DNA of 64,000 nucleotides from positions 1 to 64,000 of the IMG/VR virus record IMGVR_UViG_3300021431_000099. One strand, given 5' to 3'. Positions 1-6,165 of the stretch are shown here, piece after piece. Positions within the stretch are counted from its first letter, which is position 1; every line of letters begins with the position of its first letter. The translations under genes and the position numbers were made by a program. The notes beneath the pieces are model-generated. The model ran no database searches and was not told the DNA's origin. It saw only the letters and a program-made list of their open reading frames with translations. Origin of the DNA: a virus (lineage: Duplodnaviria; Heunggongvirae; Uroviricota; Caudoviricetes).

Positions 1-45
1 AAACAATAGACATATATTTTGCTCTCCTTTTCTCTTTCTAAAATA

Positions 46-74
46 ATTATACTATAATTTCTACTAGAAGTCAA
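46..74 (-). promoter_or_regulatory. sigma70-like promoter on the minus strand: TTGACT, 17-nt spacer, TATAAT, firing leftwards
   Basis: Reverse complement of 46-74 reads ttgact-tctagtagaaattatag-tataat. Same architecture as the promoter at 5462-5490. Confidence 0.45.
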
Positions 75-75
75 A

Positions 76-103
76 TAGAAAAAACGCACGGTTTCCCGTG
101 CGT
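76..103 (-). terminator. rho-independent terminator downstream of the SPFH gene
   Basis: Stem aacgcacgg/ccgtgcgtt (83-91/95-103) is followed on the minus strand by a U-run (plus A-run 76-82). Lies just 3' of the stop codon at 118. Confidence 0.55.
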
Positions 104-117
104 TATAAGTACTTATA

Positions 118-1092
118 TTAATTCATAGTTTCAGTAGTTTCGTCTATGTTTAAGATAGGAATAGTGGAACCGCCGCCAACAAATTGAGGAAGTTCTCCAT
201 TCCAACGCTGGACTTGACGATAATTTACAAGTTCTTCAGTTAGAGACTTATTGATTTTTTCATTAGCTTCTGCTTCTGCGGCCGCCTTTACCTGTGTAGA
301 ATATGCGTCTGCATCTGCTTGCACCTTTGCTACTTCCGCCGCGGCTTCTGCTTCAATCTTCTTACGCTTTGCGGCCTGTTCTGCCTCCATAGTAGCTTGT
401 TCCTGCTGGGTCTGGGCACGCTGCTTTTCTTGTGTGGCAACTTGCTTGGCTTCTACAGCGTTAGTAAAAGCGTCGGTAAAATCAATATTTTCAATAGATA
501 CAGAAATGATATTAATACCTTGTGGTGCCAAATCTCCCTTTAATGAATCATAAATTTCATTTGATAGCCGTTGTCTATGAGAAATTAGACCTTCTGCTGT
601 ATATTTAGCAAAGGTAGCCTTTAGAACCTCTTGTGCACGAGGAGAGATTAAAATACTATCATATTTTGTACCGACTTCCTTATAAAGGCGCATAGCAGTA
701 GTCTTATCAATAGAATAATTAATAGAGCCTGTTACTTGTACTTCCTGAATATCAGCAGAAAATGCTTCCATTTGGAATTGGGCACGTTGTTCACGATTAT
801 CCATTTCAATTACCCGAACAAAAGGTGACTTAAAATGTAATCCTGCTTCATAAGTATAGTCTTGAACTTGATTAAACTTAGTTACAATTCCAGTATAACC
901 AGTATGGACTGTTGCTACACAAGATGATACTATACATAATACTGCGAATATCATACTGATTACACGTACTAGCGTCCGCTGTGATGCGTGACTTACTACA
1001 TCTCCATTTTTTCTTGTTCGGTCCTTAAATACCATAGATGCAGCGATAAAACCAACTACAAGTACAACTAAACCAAAAAAGATACCTACCAT
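118..1092 (-). CDS. SPFH/band-7 (prohibitin/HflC-like) membrane protein
   Basis: 324 aa with an N-terminal TM helix, a band-7 core and an Ala/Gln/Glu-rich coiled coil (EAKQVATQEKQRAQ...AEAAAEVAKVQADADAY). RBS AAAGGAGAAAAT precedes the ATG. Confidence 0.75.
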   Translation of the reverse strand: MVGIFFGLVVLVVGFIAASMVFKDRTRKNGDVVSHASQRTLVRVISMIFAVLCIVSSCVATVHTGYTGIVTKFNQVQDYTYEAGLHFKSPFVRVIEMDNREQRAQFQMEAFSADIQEVQVTGSINYSIDKTTAMRLYKEVGTKYDSILISPRAQEVLKATFAKYTAEGLISHRQRLSNEIYDSLKGDLAPQGINIISVSIENIDFTDAFTNAVEAKQVATQEKQRAQTQQEQATMEAEQAAKRKKIEAEAAAEVAKVQADADAYSTQVKAAAEAEANEKINKSLTEELVNYRQVQRWNGELPQFVGGGSTIPILNIDETTETMN

Positions 1093-1120
1093 TTTATTTT
1101 CTCCTTTAACTCATTATTAT

Positions 1121-1196
1121 TGGAGCGTCCTATGAGTGCTGCCCTCATCAATCGCGGTTTTGCAGACCGCTCCGTTCGCTGGTTCGGTAAGGACGC
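1121..1196 (-). tRNA. tRNA-Cys(GCA), 76 nt with encoded CCA and U73; non-canonical T-loop (GGCAGCA) and D-loop
   Basis: Acceptor gcgtcct/aggacgc is a perfect 7 bp. Anticodon arm gcggt-ctgcaaa-accgc. Discriminator U, as in Cys tRNAs. Confidence 0.55.
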
Positions 1197-1199
1197 TTA

Positions 1200-1358
1200 T
1201 TATTTACTAAAATCCTCCAAATAGGTCATAAAGGCCATCATCCATGCAGAAATATAAACTACCCAAAATTGCCAAGTTTTGATATTGAAACCGTTACTAA
1301 ACATTACTACTGTAAGAATGGTTCCAAAAGTAAGACGGCCAAATTTATACTTATTCAT
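1200..1358 (-). CDS. small hydrophobic membrane protein (52 aa), not in the ORF table
   Basis: ATG at 1358 is preceded by AAGGAGAG. Protein MNKYKFGRLTFGTILTVVMFSNGFNIKTWQFWVVYISAWMMAFMTYLEDFSK has two hydrophobic segments. Confidence 0.35.
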   Translation of the reverse strand: MNKYKFGRLTFGTILTVVMFSNGFNIKTWQFWVVYISAWMMAFMTYLEDFSK

Positions 1359-1452
1359 TATACTCTCCTTATATTGGCGGAGCCCCGCGGTACTGCCCTT
1401 TGTTTTCTCGGACCTTGCTTTCCGAGCGTGTTCTTTACACTATGGCCCCATG

Positions 1453-1542
1453 TGGTCGAGCACCCCAGATTCGAACTGGGACTTGCCTTGTACAGGTCTT
1501 TGGCTTATAAGGCCACGGCTTTCACCATTAAGCTAGTGCTCG
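1453..1542 (-). tRNA. class II (long variable arm) tRNA with apparent anticodon UAU and encoded CCA; identity unclear
   Basis: Acceptor cgagcac/gtgctcg, D-arm gctt-aatggtga-aagc, anticodon loop cttataa closed by a 4-bp stem, 19-nt variable arm, T-arm cccag-ttcgaat-ctggg. Confidence 0.55.
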
Positions 1543-1972
1543 TTGAATCTCGCGGTTTCTTCTCCTATTGGCATCTTCCGGGCCTCAATCCATCTGAGCC
1601 TCCACTTGATTTCACCGCGAGGGACATTGTAAAGGAGTTAACACTCGCGTTGTGTATACTCCAAGAAATATTTGTGTATCATTTGCTCTTATTGGTAGAT
1701 ACTCTCCATCCGAGACCTCACCGCCTATTATTCACGCACGGATTCGTGGCCACCACTAACGAGGACGACTTCCGCTAGACTCGTTAATAACGATAAATCT
1801 AGTTACCGAGCGAATCTTGTGTGTATTCCGGACTACCTTAACGGGGCAAGAGAACTCCCGGCATTTACATACTGCAAATACATAATACAAGTTCTACTAT
1901 TCTCATATTATTAGCTACAACAGACCCTTTTCCCTTTCGCGATAAGGAGGATTTTTACAGGGTGAACCTTAT

Positions 1973-2050
1973 TGGTCGTTCTGGCTGGATTTGAACCAGC
2001 GACTTCCATCTTATCAGGATGGCACTCTATACCAGCTGAGTTACAGAACG
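1973..2050 (-). tRNA. tRNA-Ile(GAU)
   Basis: Acceptor cgttctg/cagaacg, A73 and CCA. D-arm actc-agctggtata-gagt. Anticodon arm ccatc-ctgataa-gatgg. T-arm gctgg-ttcaaat-ccagc. Confidence 0.85.
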
Positions 2051-2054
2051 ATGA

Positions 2055-2125
2055 GGCCAAATATTAGAATCGAACTAATAATGGAAGTTTACGAAACTTC
2101 TGTTTTACCATTAAACTAATTTGGC
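2055..2125 (-). tRNA. tRNA-Thr(CGU), CCA not encoded
   Basis: Acceptor gccaaat/atttggc. Anticodon arm gaagt-ttcgtaa-acttc. T-arm attag-ttcgatt-ctaat. Confidence 0.75.
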
Positions 2126-2129
2126 ATGG

Positions 2130-2200
2130 CAGGAGACTAAGGATTTGAACCCTAACCAGCCGGGTTGGAGCCGGATATGCTACCATTACACCAGTCTCCT
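2130..2200 (-). tRNA. tRNA-Trp(CCA)
   Basis: Acceptor aggagac/gtctcct. Anticodon loop ctccaac closed by a ccgg/ccgg stem. T-arm taggg-ttcaaat-cctta. Confidence 0.7.
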
Positions 2201-2273
2201 AAATCTAGACACATTCTAATTTCAGCATAAATGGCGCTAATAGTAGAAACAGTTGCTGTGCGTGTCTAGTTGT

Positions 2274-2360
2274 GGTGGGAGATGAGGGAATCGCACCCAC
2301 TCGACCTCGAAAGGACAGGTTTTACAGACCTGCGTGTCTACTTTATCACTTTAATCTCCC
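2274..2360 (-). tRNA. tRNA-Tyr(GUA), class II, encoded CCA
   Basis: Acceptor gggagat/atctccc. Anticodon arm caggt-ctgtaaa-acctg. Long variable arm. T-loop tgcgatt. Confidence 0.75.
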
Positions 2361-2370
2361 ATAATGTAAA

Positions 2371-2481
2371 TGGTGGGGAGGGACAGGATTTGCACCTGCG
2401 AAGCTTATTGGTTATAGCTAGCATACCGGTATAAGCACCAGACTCACCGGCTGGCTCCTTTGACTACTTGGATACCTCCCC
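2371..2481 (-). ncRNA. atypical 111-nt tRNA-like element: intact acceptor, T-arm and CCA, but about 18 extra nt and no canonical anticodon stem-loop
   Basis: Acceptor ggggagg/cctcccc is a perfect 7 bp, followed by A73 and CCA. T-arm gcagg-tgcaaat-cctgt. The interior carries the palindromes ACCGGT, GCTAGC and AAGCTT, and no U33 loop could be placed. Confidence 0.4.
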
Positions 2482-2487
2482 ATATAA

Positions 2488-2562
2488 TGGCGTGCGATAG
2501 AGGATTCGAACCCCTATGCCGTGGTCCGTAGCCACGTATCCTCTCCGTTAGATGAATCGCAC
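2488..2562 (-). tRNA. tRNA-Arg(ACG)
   Basis: Acceptor gtgcgat/atcgcac, G73 and CCA. Anticodon arm cgtgg-ctacgga-ccacg. T-arm agggg-ttcgaat-cctct. Confidence 0.85.
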
Positions 2563-2667
2563 ACGCGTCCCATTTTTGTTAGCTTTACTTGTGGAAATAG
2601 GAAACACACAAGGCACTGTACAGTTCATGACGCTGCTTTGGGTTTGGTGCCGTGCTTTCGTACCTTC

Positions 2668-2744
2668 TGGTGCTCCACCTGGGATTCGAACCCAGACTCC
2701 CCTGATTAAGAGTCAGATGCATTAGCCAATTGTGCTAGTGGAAC
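2668..2744 (-). tRNA. tRNA-Lys(CUU)
   Basis: Acceptor gttccac/gtggagc, A73 and CCA. Anticodon arm tctga-ctcttaa-tcagg. T-arm ctggg-ttcgaat-cccag. Confidence 0.8.
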
Positions 2745-2751
2745 ATAGAAA

Positions 2752-2823
2752 TGGACCTATGGGGAATCGAACCCCAGTTTTATGCGTGCAAAGCATATGT
2801 ACTAGCCGCTATACTATAAGCCC
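2752..2823 (-). tRNA. tRNA-Ala(UGC), CCA not encoded
   Basis: Acceptor gggctta/taggtcc (with G·U pairs). Anticodon arm tatgc-tttgcac-gcata. T-arm tgggg-ttcgatt-cccca. Confidence 0.8.
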
Positions 2824-2828
2824 ATAAG

Positions 2829-2903
2829 TGGCATCGGTACTAGGAATTGAACCCAGATAATGACATTAGAAGTGTCATGTTCTATCCGTTGAACTATACC
2901 GAC
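2829..2903 (-). tRNA. tRNA-Arg(UCU)
   Basis: Acceptor gtcggta/taccgat, G73 and CCA. Anticodon arm tgaca-cttctaa-tgtca. T-arm ctggg-ttcaatt-cctag. Confidence 0.85.
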
Positions 2904-3097
2904 AAATAATACCAAACACTAAAAGCTTGATTAAGTATCAACTTTATTTCTAGGCACTCGTTTTGCTTAATAACGACGGCCTTTAGTATTTGGCAGTTCA
3001 ATTTTCTATATATCATCCAATACTTACATATAAGAAAATTGCTGTTTGTGCCTAACCGCAATGCGGATTGGTGGCTCGGGGTGGAGTCGGGCCACCC

Positions 3098-3490
3098 TTA
3101 ATCGCTTCTAGCCAAATAATCTTTATAAGATAAATTTTCAGTATTATTTAACCAATGAAATTCTCTATGGCAATTAGAGCATAGTAAATCACACTTTTCT
3201 AATTCTTTAAAAAATTGAGTTAAATCATATCCTTTTGCTAAATCAGATAATTCACTATCTTTTTCAGCCGGATTACGATGATGAAAATCTAACAAATATG
3301 ACTTTGTATTTCCACATTTTAAACATTTCCCACCCAGTTTTTGAATACCAATTTCTTTAGCTTTGTGCCGAATCAATGTAATTGAATTACTAGTACCTTG
3401 TGGATTACATTCAAAACAATATATTCTTTTTCCGCCATATTTAATGGTTTCAAATTGTTTCCCGCATAAAGCGCAATTTTTAATTGCCAT
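3098..3490 (-). CDS. HNH homing endonuclease, free-standing inside the tRNA array
   Basis: HNH signature CLKCG...HHRNP...N...CSNCHREFH. Real start is the internal Met MAIKNCALCGK at 3490, preceded by GGAGTGATAATT. Confidence 0.8.
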   Translation of the reverse strand: MAIKNCALCGKQFETIKYGGKRIYCFECNPQGTSNSITLIRHKAKEIGIQKLGGKCLKCGNTKSYLLDFHHRNPAEKDSELSDLAKGYDLTQFFKELEKCDLLCSNCHREFHWLNNTENLSYKDYLARSD

Positions 3491-3576
3491 AATTATCACT
3501 CCTATGATATTATATTTATTGAGCCGGTGTAGGAGCACCTTTATCTCATTAAGGAGCGACCTTAATGCTACCTCAT

Positions 3577-3654
3577 TGGTGGCTTGAGATGGAGTCGAAC
3601 CATCACCCTCTGGTTTTTCAGACCAGCACTACAGACCGCATAAGTTATCAAGCC
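3577..3654 (-). tRNA. tRNA-Phe(GAA)
   Basis: Acceptor ggcttga/tcaagcc, A73 and CCA. Anticodon arm ctggt-ctgaaaa-accag. T-arm gatgg-ttcgact-ccatc. Confidence 0.85.
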
Positions 3655-3712
3655 ATAATCTAGACCCATTGTCTTTCACGTGCGTCTGCCGCTGCGCCAT
3701 CGCCCCATAAAT

Positions 3713-3787
3713 GGTGGGGCGAAGTGGGAGTCGAACCCACAATCTTTCGGGATTTACAGTCCATTTTGTGAATTGCTGTATGGGTCT
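3713..3787 (-). pseudogene. tRNA remnant or pseudo-tRNA: 3' half only, no complementary 5' acceptor strand
   Basis: T-arm gtggg-ttcgact-cccac, then ttcgcccc-a-CCA, plus a gga-ctgtaaa-tcc anticodon-like hairpin (GUA). The 5' 25 nt cannot pair with the 3' acceptor strand. Confidence 0.4.
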
Positions 3788-3863
3788 TGGTGCGAAGTGA
3801 CGGACTTGAACCGCCGACCCTTTGCTTGTAAGGCAAATGCTCTCCCAGCTGAGCTAACCTCGC
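3788..3863 (-). tRNA. tRNA-Val(UAC)
   Basis: Acceptor gcgaggt/acttcgc, A73 and CCA. D-arm gctc-agctggga-gagc. Anticodon arm tttgc-cttacaa-gcaaa. T-arm ggcgg-ttcaagt-ccgtc. Confidence 0.85.
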
Positions 3864-4117
3864 ATAAATCTGGTGTCCATATAAGTATGTCGGTAACGCG
3901 CCGCCAGAAGCACGGCTACATTCTCTATCAGTAAGTACTCACGTCATGTATTACTCTCTTGCGTTATTATGCTTTATTTCATCCTCAATTGGTATATCGT
4001 TTCTCCAATTGAGGCGTAATACTACCGCCACCCTTCCGCACCTTGTAGCCACAGCCATATCGGGTGGATTCCGTTCTTTCTATAAATATTATATCAGAAT
4101 TTATGTAAGAAGTCAAA

Positions 4118-4194
4118 TGGTATCCCACCCGAGATTTGAACTCGGAAAATCCAGAACCTTAATCTGACGCGTATGCCAATTCCGCCAGTGGGAC
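4118..4194 (-). tRNA. class I tRNA with apparent anticodon AAG (CUN reader if A34 becomes inosine); isotype uncertain
   Basis: Acceptor gtcccac/gtgggat, A73 and CCA. Anticodon arm tcaga-ttaaggt-tctgg. T-arm ccgag-ttcaaat-ctcgg. Confidence 0.55.
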
Positions 4195-4198
4195 AAAA

Positions 4199-4270
4199 TA
4201 GGACGACCGAGAATCGAACTCGAATATCTAGGGCCACAACCTAGTGTTCTACCATTGAACTATCGCCCTC
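4199..4270 (-). tRNA. tRNA-His(GUG) with genome-encoded G-1
   Basis: Acceptor agggcga/tcgtcct with an extra 5' G. Anticodon arm ctagg-ttgtggc-cctag. T-arm tcgag-ttcgatt-ctcgg. Confidence 0.8.
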
Positions 4271-4277
4271 ATAGTCG

Positions 4278-4943
4278 TTAGGGAAGATTTGCCTTAGCAG
4301 CAATTTCAATCTGCTTCTGATGATAAGGACTAACCTTATTTGTATTATGTAAACGGCTATTTGTAAAATGTATACAATGATGACCGGGGAAATTATTAAA
4401 TCTAATAGAACTGCCACCATGTGGCTGACAATTCATAGAGGCCGCATAATTTACACCATTAATGGTAACAAAAATGGCACGATGTCCCCATGACCATTTT
4501 TTACAAGCCTTTTTAAAGGCTCTTGTATCTGCGGCAGTACATGGTTGTACATCCGCATGATTGTGTCCAGCCTTACGGATTTCTTTCCAAGAAATACCAG
4601 TGGCTACATCTGTAATTGTTGCTGTTACACCCTTAGCGAAAATTTTTTGAATATCAGAAGTCCACCAATCCATTTTTTGTGCTGTTCCATGTGCTGGAGC
4701 ACAAGAGCTGCCAGGTTTTCTATCTAACTTTGGAGCGTCTGGGGCAAGTAGTTTTTCATAGGTTTTGGTATCACATTTTCCATTAGCAGTTAATTTAGCA
4801 ACAGTTTGAAATTCTTTTACTGCCGCTTTTGTTTGATTACCAAAAATGCCATCTACAGCCCCGTTCAAATAACCTAAATTCTTTAATTGTTGCTGTATTT
4901 CTTTTACTTTTTCGCCCCTGCTACCATATTTTAATGTAGTCAT
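4278..4943 (-). CDS. endolysin: N-terminal peptidoglycan-binding domain plus C-terminal zinc-peptidase-like domain
   Basis: PG_binding_1-like LKYGSRGEKVKEIQQQLKNLGYLNGAVDGIFGNQTKAAVKEFQ. HxxxD (GHNHAD) and H-rich motifs in the C-terminal domain. Start is the Met of MTTLKYG at 4943, after GGAGGGAGG. The upstream part of the listed ORF overlaps tRNA-Ser. Confidence 0.75.
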   Translation of the reverse strand: MTTLKYGSRGEKVKEIQQQLKNLGYLNGAVDGIFGNQTKAAVKEFQTVAKLTANGKCDTKTYEKLLAPDAPKLDRKPGSSCAPAHGTAQKMDWWTSDIQKIFAKGVTATITDVATGISWKEIRKAGHNHADVQPCTAADTRAFKKACKKWSWGHRAIFVTINGVNYAASMNCQPHGGSSIRFNNFPGHHCIHFTNSRLHNTNKVSPYHQKQIEIAAKANLP

Positions 4944-4969
4944 ATGCCTCCCTCCTGCAAAAAATAAGT

Positions 4970-5062
4970 TGGCGCCCGCGGAAGGATTTGAACCCTCGCG
5001 CCGGTTTCCCGACCTCTCGGTTTTCAAGACCGATCTCTTCAGCCAAACTTGAGTACGCGGGC
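4970..5062 (-). tRNA. tRNA-Ser(UGA), class II
   Basis: Acceptor gcccgcg/cgcgggc, G73 and CCA. Anticodon arm tcggt-cttgaaa-accga. Long variable arm. T-arm gaggg-ttcaaat-ccttc. Confidence 0.85.
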
Positions 5063-5090
5063 ACGTGCCCGTTTTCACGGGCAATTACTA

Positions 5091-5393
5091 TCAATGAAAA
5101 ATGTTGAAAATATCATTGAATAGAGTTGGGATGTCGCTAACATCCTTGGTGGAGTAATGATAGCTACCATATTTAGAACAGAAAGCCTCCAGCTCCTTCT
5201 TATAGGCAGACTGTGCTTCGTTCATAGTCTTGCGTGCGGCTTCAACCTTTTCAGCGGCGGCCTTGCGTTCAGCCGCAACACGCTTCTTTTCATACTCTTC
5301 CTTTTCCTGCTGGGCGATTACTTCACGCTCGGCAGCTAGACAATCATTAGCATTGTCATAAAACTTCTTAGTTACATCACTATAATACTTCAT
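5091..5393 (-). CDS. hypothetical coiled-coil protein (100 aa)
   Basis: ORF with RBS TAAGGAGAGGAA. Charged, Ala/Glu/Lys-rich repeats. Confidence 0.6.
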   Translation of the reverse strand: MKYYSDVTKKFYDNANDCLAAEREVIAQQEKEEYEKKRVAAERKAAAEKVEAARKTMNEAQSAYKKELEAFCSKYGSYHYSTKDVSDIPTLFNDIFNIFH

Positions 5394-5461
5394 ATAAGTT
5401 CCTCTCCTTATATATTTTTATTACATCAGGTAGGAGTTCCTTTCCTCTTCCTGATGTAATA

Positions 5462-5490
5462 ATTATAGCATAGTTTTTATTAAGAGTCAA
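5462..5490 (-). promoter_or_regulatory. sigma70-like promoter on the minus strand: TTGACT, 17-nt spacer, TATAAT
   Basis: Reverse complement reads ttgact-cttaataaaaactatgc-tataat. Followed at 5405-5445 by an 11-bp inverted repeat attacatcagg...cctgatgtaat, a possible operator or 5'-UTR hairpin. Confidence 0.5.
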
Positions 5491-5493
5491 ATA

Positions 5494-5898
5494 TTAGATT
5501 TCTTTCCATCCAGCAGGGTAAGCCGCAGGAGACCAAATATTATTTGCTACAACACTCTCATAAGTCTTACCTTCAAAAGTAACCTTGTCACCAATTTGAT
5601 AAGCATTTGTGCTATCTGGTTGCTCCCATTCTGGTATAATTTCTGGATCTGGAATTAAAACTTTTGCCCATAAACTTGGAGCCGCAATTGGACTCCAAGT
5701 TGGTTGAGCAATATGGTCTTGTAGGCATCTATAAAGTACATTTTGTAAACGGACTTTATCGCCTACTTTATATTCAGCGCTGTCATCCCAGCGTGGGAAT
5801 AATTGAACTGCTTCTAAAGCATCTTCATCATCAAGGCTTAAAGCAGCCTTTTCAATGAAAGGGCGGAGTTTTACCGCTAAATCAACTAATGTTCCCAA
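5494..5898 (-). CDS. protein with two CBM5/12-like carbohydrate-binding repeats
   Basis: W..P..Y..GDKV...G..Y......W.P...P..W repeats. C-terminal NNIWSPAAYPAGW matches paralogues at 12983-13756 and 36355-36999. Confidence 0.7.
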   Translation of the reverse strand: MGTLVDLAVKLRPFIEKAALSLDDEDALEAVQLFPRWDDSAEYKVGDKVRLQNVLYRCLQDHIAQPTWSPIAAPSLWAKVLIPDPEIIPEWEQPDSTNAYQIGDKVTFEGKTYESVVANNIWSPAAYPAGWKEI

Positions 5899-6162
5899 TT
5901 ACTCCACCCCCAACAATATTTTTGCCGCTTGAAGTTCTTCTTGTAGTGCTTCAATATCTTGTTGATTTTTAGAAAGAATAGCAAGATATTCATCTTTGTC
6001 GTATTCAGTAAGTGTGTATTGATAGCAATGTTCTATTGTATCTTCTACTTCGCGCTCAACTTCTTGAATATTTGTAGCAAGAAAAACTTTTGTTGCGGTT
6101 ATATCAATTTTGGGTGGTTCTATTGTGGAATAAGTAGAATCATAAATCTTCATTATAACCAC
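5899..6162 (-). CDS. hypothetical protein (87 aa)
   Basis: ORF abutting its neighbours; acidic. Confidence 0.5.
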   Translation of the reverse strand: MVIMKIYDSTYSTIEPPKIDITATKVFLATNIQEVEREVEDTIEHCYQYTLTEYDKDEYLAILSKNQQDIEALQEELQAAKILLGVE

Positions 6163-6165
6163 CTC

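Noticed and set aside
1269-1778. Plus-strand ORFs 1269-1778 and 1279-1536, also 2521-2709, 3363-3587, 3680-3934 and 3946-4167
   Set aside because: They run through and antisense to well-folded minus-strand tRNAs and have no RBS. They are artefacts of ORF calling in the tRNA array.
1543-1972. tmRNA
   Set aside because: No tRNA-like acceptor/T-arm pair flanking the region and no recognisable tag-peptide reading frame with a resume codon. Left as an unassigned structured gap.
2371-2481. Engineered multiple-cloning-site (ACCGGT, GCTAGC, AAGCTT in a tRNA scaffold)
   Set aside because: Three hexamer palindromes in 40 bp is unusual but within chance for AT/GC-mixed DNA. There is no vector backbone or other synthetic hallmark. 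Treated as a natural aberrant tRNA-like locus.
3655-3790. Long intron-containing tRNA spanning 3661-3787, or a phage attachment (attP) core in a tRNA 3' end
   Set aside because: agaccca (3781-3787) can pair with tgggtct (3662-3668), but the intervening part has no D-arm and the insert would sit between T-arm and acceptor, which is not a known intron position. No integrase or recombinase in the window. Called a tRNA remnant instead.
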